The notes beneath the pieces are model-generated. The model had not been told where the DNA came from. It ran no database searches and worked only from the letters and a program-made list of their open reading frames with translations. A stretch of DNA of 64,000 bases from the NCBI GenBank assembly GCA_041657885.1, contig JBBABB010000002.1, positions 121,095 to 185,094 on the forward strand, in the 5' to 3' direction. Both the position numbers and the translations under genes were made by a program. Positions 9,332-18,781 of this stretch are shown piece by piece. How positions within the stretch are numbered: position 1 is the stretch's first letter; each line of letters opens with the position of its first letter. The DNA comes from Minisyncoccota bacterium. Its GTDB lineage: Bacteria; Patescibacteriota; Minisyncoccia; Phycocordibacterales; UBA9973.

Positions 9332-9376
9332 TAAATTATTGTAAAAGGTAATTTTTTGTGCTAGAGTGTATACCTG

Positions 9377-10390
9377 ATGTTAAAAAAATATACACTTCAT
9401 GTAACTGGTACTCATTGTCCTTCATGCAAAATTTTGCTTGAGGATATTTTGAGTGAACAGGACTTTGTCAAAAATGGAAAAGTTAATTTAAAGAGAGAAA
9501 TTGTTGAAATTGAAACAGACACAGAAAAAAGTGCCGAGGAAGTTGTAAATATTTTAAATGATAAAATAAAAACAAATGGCTATTTTCTTTCTGTGGATAA
9601 AATGATGAAAGAAAAGGAGAGTGATGATATTATTTGGAAAGCTATACCTATCGGTTTAGGTTTTCTTATACTATTTTTCCTCTTGCAAAAATCAGGTATT
9701 TTAAATCTAGGTATTGGTAGTCAAACTACTCCAGCAACAAGTTTCATAATTGGAATTATTGCTTCACTTTCTAGTTGTCTTGCCATTGTTGGAGGACTTG
9801 TACTTTCATTATCAGCAAAGGTAGTCCAAGATGACAATAAATCAACAAAAAAACCTTTTATCCTTTTCCACGCAGGGCGATTATTTGGATTTGCCATCTT
9901 AGGTGGAATTCTTGGCTTGATTGGGGAAGCAATTGGAATTAACTTTTTGTTCTCTGCAATTTTAGGACTTCTAGCTTCTACTGTGATGATATTGCTCGGA
10001 TTTAACTTATTAGGAATATTTAAGAAAAATAAAATAACTCTACCAAGTAATATTTTTTCTTTTTTTAGAAGAGTAGAACATGCAACTTGGGCTCCAATTT
10101 TAATTGGTTTGGGAACTTTCTTTTTACCTTGTGGTTTTACTCAATCAATGCAAATTTCAGCACTCTCTAGTGGGTCATTCGTGTCGGGATTTCTGATAAT
10201 GTTTTCATTTGCACTTGGAACTTTACCGGTGCTCGCATTACTTTCATTTGGCTCGTTTTCTTTTGCTCATTCCAAACATGCACCACTCTTTTTCAAATCT
10301 GCTGGAGTTGTCGTGGTTGGGCTTGGGATATTTGCACTTTTAGCAGGGCTAGCAGGAGTCGGAATTATTAATCCTTTATTCAATTTATAA
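9377..10390 (+). CDS. HMA domain fused to DsbD_2/TauE-like membrane domain
   Basis: GTHCPSC N-terminal HMA; SSCLA.VGG, F..GRL, LPCGFTQ. Confidence 0.85.
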   Translation: MLKKYTLHVTGTHCPSCKILLEDILSEQDFVKNGKVNLKREIVEIETDTEKSAEEVVNILNDKIKTNGYFLSVDKMMKEKESDDIIWKAIPIGLGFLILFFLLQKSGILNLGIGSQTTPATSFIIGIIASLSSCLAIVGGLVLSLSAKVVQDDNKSTKKPFILFHAGRLFGFAILGGILGLIGEAIGINFLFSAILGLLASTVMILLGFNLLGIFKKNKITLPSNIFSFFRRVEHATWAPILIGLGTFFLPCGFTQSMQISALSSGSFVSGFLIMFSFALGTLPVLALLSFGSFSFAHSKHAPLFFKSAGVVVVGLGIFALLAGLAGVGIINPLFNL

Positions 10391-10397
10391 TAAATAT

Positions 10398-10799
10398 ATG
10401 AACAAAACCGCTTTAGTTATTATAATAGTTGGACTTGTCATCGGCATTGGCATTATTTTCATTGGAGGTTCAAGAGGAAATAATAATACGAATACAACAA
10501 AAAATACACAAGTTAAAAATACAGAAATAAAAGATGGCACTCAATATATCACTATTGATGCTAAGGGAGGATATTCACCAAAAATTTCCACAGCTAAAGC
10601 CGGGATTCCAACAAAACTTATCGTAAAAACAAATGGAACATATGATTGTTCCGCAGCGCTTCGAATAAGTTCTATCGGTTTCCAAAAAATTCTCAAGAAT
10701 ACTGGGGAAGAGGTAATTGACCTCGGAACGCCAAAAGCAGGCCCATTTCAAGGCGTCTGCGGAATGGGAATGTATAGTTTTAACGTGGAGTTTGAGTAA
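10398..10799 (+). CDS. Cupredoxin-domain protein
   Basis: GGYSP, DC, CGMGMY C-terminal copper motif. Confidence 0.8.
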   Translation: MNKTALVIIIVGLVIGIGIIFIGGSRGNNNTNTTKNTQVKNTEIKDGTQYITIDAKGGYSPKISTAKAGIPTKLIVKTNGTYDCSAALRISSIGFQKILKNTGEEVIDLGTPKAGPFQGVCGMGMYSFNVEFE

Positions 10800-10800
10800 A

Positions 10801-10828
10801 AAAGAAAAACCCGAAAGGGTTTTTCTTT
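10801..10828. terminator. Bidirectional intrinsic terminator
   Basis: aaagaaaaaccc-gaaa-gggtttttcttt between convergent genes. Confidence 0.85.
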
Positions 10829-10910
10829 CTTTGGCGGGGGTCTTTGAGTTTCGGATCCATTTATAGCTATATCTAAATCCATCTATTTATAAAGCCCCCA
10901 ACCTTTCCTT

Positions 10911-11924
10911 TTATAATCTAATTTCTTCAAACGGATCTTTGATTGTTATTCTTCCGGTTTCAGCATCACCTAGTCCTGCATATAAAATTGCTGTTCCATC
11001 ACCATTGCGTATTAGACCACCAGGAAAAATAATGTCATCAAGCTCTGGTCTTTTTGCTTTACCATTTGGAAAATTCTTTCTTGTCGCAATAATTTCCATA
11101 GGTGAAGCACTTTTTGTTTTAGGATCATAAATAAATGCCATTGCATAATAGTGTTTACCTTTTTCATCTTGATAAGCGATATGTCCAATAACACCAATCC
11201 TTCCATCTGATAATAAATGTAATTCATTTGCTCCACCCCATTCTCCTTCAGGGAATTGATTCTCTATTATTTCTGCATTATTTAAAATATCTTTTTTCTT
11301 TAAATCATCAAGACTATCTATTTCCATATAACCAATTTTTCCTTTACCGCCTATTTCACCCTGAGGTCTTGTAAAAACCCCAATCTTTCCATTTGGAAGA
11401 GAAATAAGACGAATGTCTTTCATTGTGTCTGGTCCAACAGCAAATTGTTCAAGTGAAGCTGTATCTTTCCCGCGATAAAATATTGTTCTATAGCTTTTAT
11501 GATTTGGATTTTCTTCTGTTGAATCAGGGTATACTTCAACTCCACCTATGATTAATTCATCTCCGATGTGTGTAGCAAATCCATCTTCCATTTTGAATTT
11601 TGGTTGTTCATTTGCTAGACACCAACCCCCATCTTTCTTTTCAAAAAGCATAACTTGAGAATCATCTATCTCTTCCGTCTTTTCCACACGTCCCGTCACA
11701 AATACTTTATCTCCAATATAAAATGGGGCTGAAATATTATAGACATCATATCCGTCAACTCCTTCGAATTGAAGTTTTTCTCCTTGTGGAATTTCTTTTT
11801 TATCAAAATCATTTATAAGACCAATACAATGTGCAAATAGTGGTTCTTGAGATACTTCTCGAGATGTTATATGTTCATTTTCGGTTACAATATTTTTCAT
11901 TGCATCATTTAAATTTTCGTTCAT
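10911..11924 (-). CDS. DUF1861 / MTP-family (GT108) mannosyltransferase-phosphorylase-like protein
   Basis: GYDVYNISAPF, GRVE, MKDIRL, FTRPQG, EWGGANE, IGHIA motifs. Confidence 0.8.
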   Translation of the reverse strand: MNENLNDAMKNIVTENEHITSREVSQEPLFAHCIGLINDFDKKEIPQGEKLQFEGVDGYDVYNISAPFYIGDKVFVTGRVEKTEEIDDSQVMLFEKKDGGWCLANEQPKFKMEDGFATHIGDELIIGGVEVYPDSTEENPNHKSYRTIFYRGKDTASLEQFAVGPDTMKDIRLISLPNGKIGVFTRPQGEIGGKGKIGYMEIDSLDDLKKKDILNNAEIIENQFPEGEWGGANELHLLSDGRIGVIGHIAYQDEKGKHYYAMAFIYDPKTKSASPMEIIATRKNFPNGKAKRPELDDIIFPGGLIRNGDGTAILYAGLGDAETGRITIKDPFEEIRL

Positions 11925-12038
11925 TTTTTAATGATATACTTATGTTAGCAAAAACCCTATATTCTATTCTGTGGAAATTACCCATTTAGAGCTAGCTCTA
12001 AATCCCTAGCTAACGACACATGTCGTGTTAGCTGTCAA

Positions 12039-12128
12039 TGGCGGAAGCGGTGAGATTCGAACTCACGAGGAGCTTTCACCCCTAACAGTTTTCAAGACTG
12101 TCTCGTTAGACCACTCCGACACGCTTCC
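12039..12128 (-). tRNA. tRNA-Ser(TGA), CCA encoded
   Basis: Reverse complement GGAAGCGTGTCGGAGTGG...CTTGAAA...long variable arm...GTTCGAATC...CGCTTCCGCCA. Confidence 0.95.
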
Positions 12129-12176
12129 GAGTTTTACATTACTTCATTTTCATCTTTTTTTCAAGCTTTATAATAA

Positions 12177-12211
12177 ATAGAAAAACAGGTTCACATAACC
12201 TGTTTTTCTAT
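12177..12211 (-). terminator. Intrinsic terminator of DUF5652 gene
   Basis: atagaaaaacaggtt / aacctgtttttctat 15-bp stem. Confidence 0.7.
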
Positions 12212-12218
12212 AACCATT

Positions 12219-12446
12219 TTAAATTTTTGATTTAAATACACGAACTATATCCTTTGGTGTCTTCTTTGCTACGTAGAATATATATATAATATCTAAAATT
12301 GCAAAAGTATTTAATATTAAAAGTGCTATAAACCAACGCTTATTTCTTGTGCGCGATGCTGTCCAAAGAGCATAACCTTTCCAAGGGAGGACCCAAACTA
12401 TAGATATAATAAAAAGCCAGATATTGTTTTGTAAAAATGTTTCCAT
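12219..12446 (-). CDS. DUF5652-family small membrane protein
   Basis: W...WKG.ALW.A.....K.WFI.LL..NT..IL.IIYIF. Confidence 0.8.
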   Translation of the reverse strand: METFLQNNIWLFIISIVWVLPWKGYALWTASRTRNKRWFIALLILNTFAILDIIYIFYVAKKTPKDIVRVFKSKI

Positions 12447-12499
12447 ATGACCAGTATATCAATAATATCTTTTTGTGGCAATTATGATAATATTGAAGT

Positions 12500-12928
12500 A
12501 TGCGTTATTTGGGTATAGATTATGGGTCCAAAAGGGTAGGGTTATCACTTTCTGACGAAGAGGGACATATAGCTTTCCCATATAAAATAATCAAAAATGA
12601 CCTTGCGTTGGTGGATAAAATACATAATATATGTGGCGAGGAAGAAGTTTCGGCGATTGTCCTTGGTGAGTCACATGATTTGTCAGGGAAACCAAATAAA
12701 ATAATGGGAAGTATTGAAGAATTCAAAAGAAATTTAGAAACGGAACTTGACTTACCAATTTATTTTGAGAAAGAATTTATGACTTCAATCTTTGCTCGTG
12801 GGAATGATGGGAAAGTCGCCTTATCGACGACCCGCCGAAGAGGCGGAAAAATAGATAAAAAAATAGATGATTCCGCCGCGGCATTAATTCTCCAAAGATT
12901 TTTAGATAGAAAAAATAATAAAAAGTAA
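12500..12928 (+). CDS. ruvX: Holliday junction resolvase-like / pre-16S rRNA nuclease RuvX (YqgF)
   Basis: LGIDYGSKRVG.S.SD, E..TS, D..AAALILQ.FLD. Confidence 0.92.
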   Translation: MRYLGIDYGSKRVGLSLSDEEGHIAFPYKIIKNDLALVDKIHNICGEEEVSAIVLGESHDLSGKPNKIMGSIEEFKRNLETELDLPIYFEKEFMTSIFARGNDGKVALSTTRRRGGKIDKKIDDSAAALILQRFLDRKNNKK

Positions 12929-12952
12929 TTTATAATTAATAATAAAAAATAT

Positions 12953-14671
12953 ATGGAAACAAAAAACTGCCAGAATTGTAAAAAAGAGTTCACTATCGAG
13001 CCAGATGATTTTTTATTTTACGAAAAAATAAAAGTTCCTCCGCCAACTTTTTGTCCGGAGTGTCGATATATCCACCGACTTTTGGATAGGAACGAATACA
13101 ATTTGTATAAAAGAAAATGTAATGCAACGAGTAAAGATATTATTTCCATCTATCGGCCGGAGATGCCATTCCCGGTCTATGAACAAGAATATTGGAAGTC
13201 CGACGCCTGGGATCCGACGAAGTATGGACGTGATTTTGATTTTACCAGGCCATTTTTCGAACAATTTGAAGAACTTCGCCGTGTTGTGCCACATTTGGCA
13301 ATGGTTAATTCGAGTAGCACCAACAGTGAATATACAAACCAGTCTCAAGATAATAAGGACTGCTATATGCTTGTCACGAGTAATCAATGTGAAAAGTGTA
13401 TGTATGGGAGCTGGTGTCAACAAAGCTGTTATTTTTTGAGTGACTGCTATATGGTACAAAAAAGCGAATTTTGTTATGAATGTATTAATCTCACAAAATG
13501 TTCACGATGTGCTTGGGCATATGATTGCTCTGATTGTGTAAATGTGTACTTTTCAAGTGATTGCCGAGGGTGTATTGATTGTTTCGGTTGTGTTGGGCTT
13601 CGAAGTAAACAGTATCATTTTTTAAACGAAAACATTGGGAAAGCTGAGTATGAAAAGAAAGTTAAGGAAAATGCCTGGAGTAGAAATTTTATAAAGGATT
13701 CAAAGGAAAAATTTTTCAAACTTCGCGCTAGTATTCCCGTAAAGTTTTATCATGGTTCACAGGTTCAAAACTCGACAGGAGACTATATAGAGAATTCACA
13801 AAATATGAATTATTCATTTAATTGTCGAGATAATAAAGACACAGCTTACATGCAGGATGCTTGGGAAAAAACGGAAGATTGTATGGATTGCACGGAAATA
13901 ATTGTTGGACAATTATCATACGAAATTCAAGGCGTCGAGAGACCGAGCAGATCAATGGTGGCAAGAAGTTGTTTTAATACGATAACCGATTCATGTTATT
14001 GTGATATGTGTTTTGGGGTTCGGGAATGCTTTGGTTGTTTCGGTCTTAAACATAACGAATATTGCATTTTAAATAAACAATACACTAAAGAAGAATATTT
14101 TAAATTAAAAGGTGAAGTTATCGAGCATATGAGGAAAACAAAAGAGTGGGGCAAATATTTTCCGTCCAATGTTTCGCCATTTGCCTATAATGAATCTATG
14201 GCCCAGGATTACTTTCCGCTTACGCGTGATGAAGCCATAAAAAAAGGATATACATGGTATGACCGACCACCACGCGATTACGGGATAACTCTTTCGGCAA
14301 AAGATTTACCTGAAACGTTTAATGATATAAAAGAAAATATTGAAGAGGAAACAATACAATGTTTCTCGCAAAATTCTAACCAAAAAGAAAAATACACTTT
14401 GTGTACAACAGCATTCAAAATAACATCACTTGAATTAACTTTGTATAAAATGCTTAATTTGCCTATTCCGGAGAAATGTTTCCCTTGTCGAAGACAAGAC
14501 AGATTTGCTCTCCGCAACCCGCGCCGACTTTGGCACCGAACATGTATGTGTGACAAGAAAGGGCACTTTCATGGTGAAAATAAATGCCAAGTGGAATTTG
14601 AGACTTCATATGCACCCGAGAGACCGGAGATTATTTATTGCGAAAGTTGTTACCAGAAGGAAGTGTATTAA
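12953..14671 (+). CDS. Cys-rich ~572-aa protein, paralog 1 of 5
   Basis: N-terminal CQNCK...PTFCPECR; internal CFGC.GL...Y repeats; C-terminal RNP..LWHR.C...FETSYAPERPEI.YCE.CY..EVY. Confidence 0.85.
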   Translation: METKNCQNCKKEFTIEPDDFLFYEKIKVPPPTFCPECRYIHRLLDRNEYNLYKRKCNATSKDIISIYRPEMPFPVYEQEYWKSDAWDPTKYGRDFDFTRPFFEQFEELRRVVPHLAMVNSSSTNSEYTNQSQDNKDCYMLVTSNQCEKCMYGSWCQQSCYFLSDCYMVQKSEFCYECINLTKCSRCAWAYDCSDCVNVYFSSDCRGCIDCFGCVGLRSKQYHFLNENIGKAEYEKKVKENAWSRNFIKDSKEKFFKLRASIPVKFYHGSQVQNSTGDYIENSQNMNYSFNCRDNKDTAYMQDAWEKTEDCMDCTEIIVGQLSYEIQGVERPSRSMVARSCFNTITDSCYCDMCFGVRECFGCFGLKHNEYCILNKQYTKEEYFKLKGEVIEHMRKTKEWGKYFPSNVSPFAYNESMAQDYFPLTRDEAIKKGYTWYDRPPRDYGITLSAKDLPETFNDIKENIEEETIQCFSQNSNQKEKYTLCTTAFKITSLELTLYKMLNLPIPEKCFPCRRQDRFALRNPRRLWHRTCMCDKKGHFHGENKCQVEFETSYAPERPEIIYCESCYQKEVY

Positions 14672-14677
14672 AATATT

Positions 14678-14854
14678 ATGACTAATTTTCAAACAATTAA
14701 AAAACGAGCTTTTAAAAATAAAGCAGTCAAAAAAGCATATGATGATTTAAATCTTCCAATGTTTTCAGAAATTACTAATATAAATACTTATTCTAAAAGC
14801 TTTTCTTTTTTAAAAAAAGAGCCAGATATTTATTCAACTTCAAAAATAAAATAA
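14678..14854 (+). CDS. 58-aa ORF, possibly an antitoxin-like remnant (absent from ORF track)
   Basis: Own translation MTNFQTIKKRAFKNKAVKKAYDDLNLPMFSEITNINTYSKSFSFLKKEPDIYSTSKIK. Confidence 0.45.
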   Translation: MTNFQTIKKRAFKNKAVKKAYDDLNLPMFSEITNINTYSKSFSFLKKEPDIYSTSKIK

Positions 14855-14871
14855 TGTTGTATAATTAATTT

Positions 14872-15255
14872 ATGGAATACGTATCATTTGAAGAATTCAA
14901 AAAAATGGATATAAGGGTGGGAACGATTAGAGAGGTGGAAACCATTCCAGAAACTGACAAACTTTTACGTTGCCAGATTGATTTCGGACCCTCCTTCGCT
15001 TCTGGTGAAGCTACGGCGGGCGAAGGAAGTGAACCCAGATCAAATTTAGTGCAAATTATTTCTGGAATTCGTGAATCTTATCCAGATTATGAAAAATTAA
15101 TTGGCAAACAAGTTTTATATATTGTAAATCTAGAGCCGAGAATTATTAAAGGATTTGAATCAAATGGAATGCTCCTGGCGATTGATGACCCAGACGGTAA
15201 ATCAGTGTTTTTAATCCCAGAAGTTGAAGTTGTCCCGGGAAGTCGTATCCACTAG
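14872..15255 (+). CDS. tRNA-binding OB-fold protein (Trbp111/CsaA/MetRS C-terminal-like)
   Basis: F.K.DIRVG.I, DKLL, QIISGI, NL.PR...G.ES.GMLLA; carries in-frame palindrome. Confidence 0.88.
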   Translation: MEYVSFEEFKKMDIRVGTIREVETIPETDKLLRCQIDFGPSFASGEATAGEGSEPRSNLVQIISGIRESYPDYEKLIGKQVLYIVNLEPRIIKGFESNGMLLAIDDPDGKSVFLIPEVEVVPGSRIH

Positions 15256-15314
15256 AAATTTAATACCAAGGACGGTCCTTGGGGAAGCCCTCTTAAGGAC
15301 CGTCCTTTTAAAAT

Positions 15315-15911
15315 ATGTTAGACCCAATTTTAATTATTAAAGCAGTCGGAATCATAGGAGTAATCCTTATTGTTTTTGCTGAGACCGGATTATTCTTTGG
15401 TTTTTTCTTTCCAGGGGACTCTTTGCTTTTTACGGCTGGGATTTTTGCTTCACAGGGATATTTTAGTATTGAAATACTTTTGATTGGGTGTATAATTGCG
15501 GCTATTTTAGGAGATAGTTTTGGTTATTGGTCTGGTAAAAAATACGGGCGTAAATTATTTGATAGAGATTCCGGTTTTTTCTTTAAGAGAAAACGCTTAT
15601 ATGATGCCGAGGTTTTTTATGAAAAACATGGAAAATCGACTATTATAATTGCGCGTTTTGTTCCGGTCGTTCGCACCTTTGCTCCGATTGTTGCAGGGAT
15701 TGGAAATATGAGTTATTTATCATTTATTTCTTATAATATTTTTGGTGGGATTTTTTGGGTTTCGGGGATGCTTTTGTTGGGGTATTTCTTGGGCAGTATA
15801 ATCCCAAATCCTGATGTTTATATTATCCCAATTGCTTTTTTGATAATTGTTTTATCCTTCATTCCCATTATTTTCAAAATGATACATTTTAAGTTCAAAA
15901 GACAATCTTAA
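15315..15911 (+). CDS. dedA: DedA family membrane protein
   Basis: FAETGL..GFF.PGDSLLF.AG, ARFVP.VRTFAP..AG. Confidence 0.92.
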   Translation: MLDPILIIKAVGIIGVILIVFAETGLFFGFFFPGDSLLFTAGIFASQGYFSIEILLIGCIIAAILGDSFGYWSGKKYGRKLFDRDSGFFFKRKRLYDAEVFYEKHGKSTIIIARFVPVVRTFAPIVAGIGNMSYLSFISYNIFGGIFWVSGMLLLGYFLGSIIPNPDVYIIPIAFLIIVLSFIPIIFKMIHFKFKRQS

Positions 15912-15953
15912 GGTCTTTTATATAATCTTAGAGTATCGTATAATAGTATTGTA

Positions 15954-17597
15954 ATGAAAAGATTATATAATCACTATTTTCCAACACCGCCATACTTAGC
16001 TATGAACTCTTGCGCGATTGATATTTCTGACCAATCTATTAAGTATGGAGAACTTATAACCACCACCTCTGGTCTTCGTCTCGGTAAATATGGTAAAGAG
16101 AAAATTCCAGAAGGGGTAGTTGTTTCTGGTAAAATTGAGAAGGAGGAAGAGTTAATAAGTATATTAAAAAAAATAAAAGAAAAAGAGAATCTTCATTTTA
16201 TCAGAGTATCGCTCCCTGAAGAACAGATGTATCTATTTACATTATCTTTGCCCAAAACAGGTAATGATGATTTGCGGGAGATAATACTCCTTCAAATAGA
16301 AGAGCATATTCCTCTTAAAGCACCGGATTCATTATTTAATTATGATATTATATCGGAAGATAATCAAAATATTTTAGTTGAAGTTGTAGCAATGGCACGC
16401 GTTACTATTGAAAGTTATCTGTCTGTTTTCAATAGAGCAGGATTGGTTCCGATCTCTTTTGAACTTGAAGCGCAAGCTATAGCTCGAGCCGTTATTCCTA
16501 ATTGCGACACTAATCCTGTTATGATAGTTGATTTCGGTGATACTAAAACTGGCATTTCTATATCTAATAATGGGCGTGTCTTTCTAACGACCACTTTATC
16601 AATTGGTGGAATAGACCTGACAAATATGATTGCTAAAAATTTCTCTTTGTCATTTCTAGAAGCGGAGAAAATGAAACACGAATATGGTCTTGAGGAGGGG
16701 TCAAAAGCCAAAGATATTTTCCCCGCTATATTAAATGGAATTTCTGTCTTACGAGATGAAATGGACAAACAATATGTATATTGGGGGACACATAACAATA
16801 GTAATAATACAAAAAATAGTCAGATAAATCACATAATACTTTGTGGAGGAGATGCGAACTTGGCAGGTCTAGCCGATTACTTGGAGTTGAGTATGAAAAT
16901 AAAAGTAGAAAACGCAAATGTTTGGGTTAATATTTTAAATACAGAAAATTCAGTTCCGGAAATGTCTTTTGAAGAATCGCTTGGTTATGCAACTGTGTTA
17001 GGATTAGCACTTGGTGGATATATGTATAAATTGCAATCGGTAATAAATATTTTACCCCATAAAGAAAAAAGGTTCCTTCGTAGGGAGTATTGGATGAGAT
17101 TTTTTACAATAATGTTAAATTTCGTAGCATTAATGGGAGTACTCGCAACTTTTTTATTGTTTCCATCGTATTTTCTTTCACAATCAAAAGAAAATTTATT
17201 TGAAAGTAGACTTGAAATATTTAATAAAGAAAACCCTGACCTTACAAACAGTAATATAGACAAAATTATAAGTGATATTAATTCAAGATTAGAAATGTTG
17301 AATAAGGCGGAAACTCCCTATCAAGTTAGTGATAAGGTCTTAAACAATATTTTGTCTAGTCGTACCAGTGGTATAACTTTTTCTCAGATACTTTTTAATA
17401 AAACAACAACAATAAAAAAAGTAACGACAAACACTTCTATTTTAGAGGTTCATGGAGTTGCAAATAATCGAGATTCACTACGAAATTTTAAAACAGCCCT
17501 AGACAATAATCCAAATTTTTCTGAGGTTAATTTACCGATTTCAAATTTTCTTGAAAAATCAGACCTTAATTTTACAATTTCAATAACAATAAAGTAA
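15954..17597 (+). CDS. pilM: Type IV pilus PilM fused to PilN-like domain
   Basis: IDISD..IK, VDFG, ILCGG.ANL.GL actin-like ATPase, then INILP motif, TM and PilN-like domain. Confidence 0.8.
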   Translation: MKRLYNHYFPTPPYLAMNSCAIDISDQSIKYGELITTTSGLRLGKYGKEKIPEGVVVSGKIEKEEELISILKKIKEKENLHFIRVSLPEEQMYLFTLSLPKTGNDDLREIILLQIEEHIPLKAPDSLFNYDIISEDNQNILVEVVAMARVTIESYLSVFNRAGLVPISFELEAQAIARAVIPNCDTNPVMIVDFGDTKTGISISNNGRVFLTTTLSIGGIDLTNMIAKNFSLSFLEAEKMKHEYGLEEGSKAKDIFPAILNGISVLRDEMDKQYVYWGTHNNSNNTKNSQINHIILCGGDANLAGLADYLELSMKIKVENANVWVNILNTENSVPEMSFEESLGYATVLGLALGGYMYKLQSVINILPHKEKRFLRREYWMRFFTIMLNFVALMGVLATFLLFPSYFLSQSKENLFESRLEIFNKENPDLTNSNIDKIISDINSRLEMLNKAETPYQVSDKVLNNILSSRTSGITFSQILFNKTTTIKKVTTNTSILEVHGVANNRDSLRNFKTALDNNPNFSEVNLPISNFLEKSDLNFTISITIK

Positions 17598-17602
17598 ATA
17601 AA

Positions 17603-18166
17603 ATGAAAAAAAATCAAACAACTCTAATATTAATATTTTCAATCATTGCTACTATTCTAGCAATCTGTCTTTTCTTTTTTTTGTTGAAAGTTATTAAAAA
17701 TAAAAATCAACAAGCCTCTGTCGTTTTTACAACACTAGAAAAAAAGATAAGAGAAAAAGAAAATACAATAATGTTTGCTGAAAAAGTCGCAGAAATTAAA
17801 TTGCTCCAAGATTCTGTAAATAGTTACTTCGTAGACCCTAATAGGATAGATATATTTGTTGGATATTTAGAAGAAATAGGCTCAAGTGTTGGTGGAGAGG
17901 TGATAGTTCAAAGTATTGAAGTACCACTAAAAACTAAAAGTATAATTTCATTTAAATTATCAATACTGGGAACATTCGAAGAAGTGATGAAAACGATTGC
18001 TCTTTTAGAAAATATCCCATATCAAATTGATATTACGCAGGTATATTTAAATAAAGATATAATACAAGGAACACAAGGAGATGTTAAAGATGTTAAAAAA
18101 GAGAAAGTTGTAGAAATACCAACATGGCAGGCAGATATTTCTTTTAATATTTTAAGTTCAGATTAA
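17603..18166 (+). CDS. PilO-like pilus assembly protein
   Basis: N-terminal TM, coiled coil, G.F......I..LEN.PY; follows pilMN. Confidence 0.65.
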   Translation: MKKNQTTLILIFSIIATILAICLFFFLLKVIKNKNQQASVVFTTLEKKIREKENTIMFAEKVAEIKLLQDSVNSYFVDPNRIDIFVGYLEEIGSSVGGEVIVQSIEVPLKTKSIISFKLSILGTFEEVMKTIALLENIPYQIDITQVYLNKDIIQGTQGDVKDVKKEKVVEIPTWQADISFNILSSD

Positions 18167-18170
18167 TTTT

Positions 18171-18491
18171 ATGAAAACATTTTTATTAAAAATTAAAAAT
18201 ATAACAAAAGGCCTCCTTTCTTTTAGAAAAATAAATCCACATAATCATTGGAAGAATTTACTACATGTTTTCTTTATATTGGTCATTATATTAATAATAT
18301 TTAGTTTTTATCTTTTATTTGAAATAAAAAATCAACAAATATTTCAGATTACAACTAAGCCAGTAGAAACAACAGGTTTAATGAATGAAAAATTATTAAA
18401 AAAAGTAACCGAATCGTTTGATAATAAATTAATAAAAGAAAAAGAAATAAGAGAAGGTTTAGTTTCTTATAAAGATCCAAGTATAAATTAA
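18171..18491 (+). CDS. Single-TM hypothetical protein of pil operon
   Basis: ORF track; C-terminal DPS motif; operonic spacing. Confidence 0.6.
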   Translation: MKTFLLKIKNITKGLLSFRKINPHNHWKNLLHVFFILVIILIIFSFYLLFEIKNQQIFQITTKPVETTGLMNEKLLKKVTESFDNKLIKEKEIREGLVSYKDPSIN

Positions 18492-18532
18492 ATCTTGAAA
18501 TTTGATTAAAATGTGATAGTATATCATTACTT

Positions 18533-18605
18533 GCGCGATTAGCTCAGTTGGTAGAGCAATCCGTTTACACCGGAAAGGTCGTAGGTTCGAGTCCTACATC
18601 GCGCA
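18533..18605 (+). tRNA. tRNA-Val(TAC), CCA not encoded
   Basis: GCGCGATTAGCTCAGTTGGTAGAGC...TTTACAC...GGTTCGAGTCC...ATCGCGCA. Confidence 0.93.
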
Positions 18606-18704
18606 CAAAATCTGGGAGATTTTGTGCGAGCCGGAGCACGTCGGCGCGAGGCGGGGTCGCGCAAAAATTCAGCAGAATTTTATGTGTGACCACAAGTATT
18701 TCCT

Positions 18705-18776
18705 GCCCCTGTAGTTAAATGGATATAACTACGGACTTCTAAGCCGTTATTGCAGGTTCGATTCCTGCCGGGGGCA
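18705..18776 (+). tRNA. tRNA-Arg(TCT), CCA not encoded
   Basis: GCCCCTGTAGTTAAATGGATATAAC...CTTCTAA...GGTTCGATTCC...GGGGGCA. Confidence 0.93.
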
Positions 18777-18781
18777 CAATT

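Noticed and set aside
11984-12033. Two palindromes downstream of tRNA-Ser as an att site or ncRNA
   Set aside because: Real hairpins (atttagagctagctctaaat; agctaac/gttagct) but no duplicated tRNA end was found; most simply terminator or REP-like.
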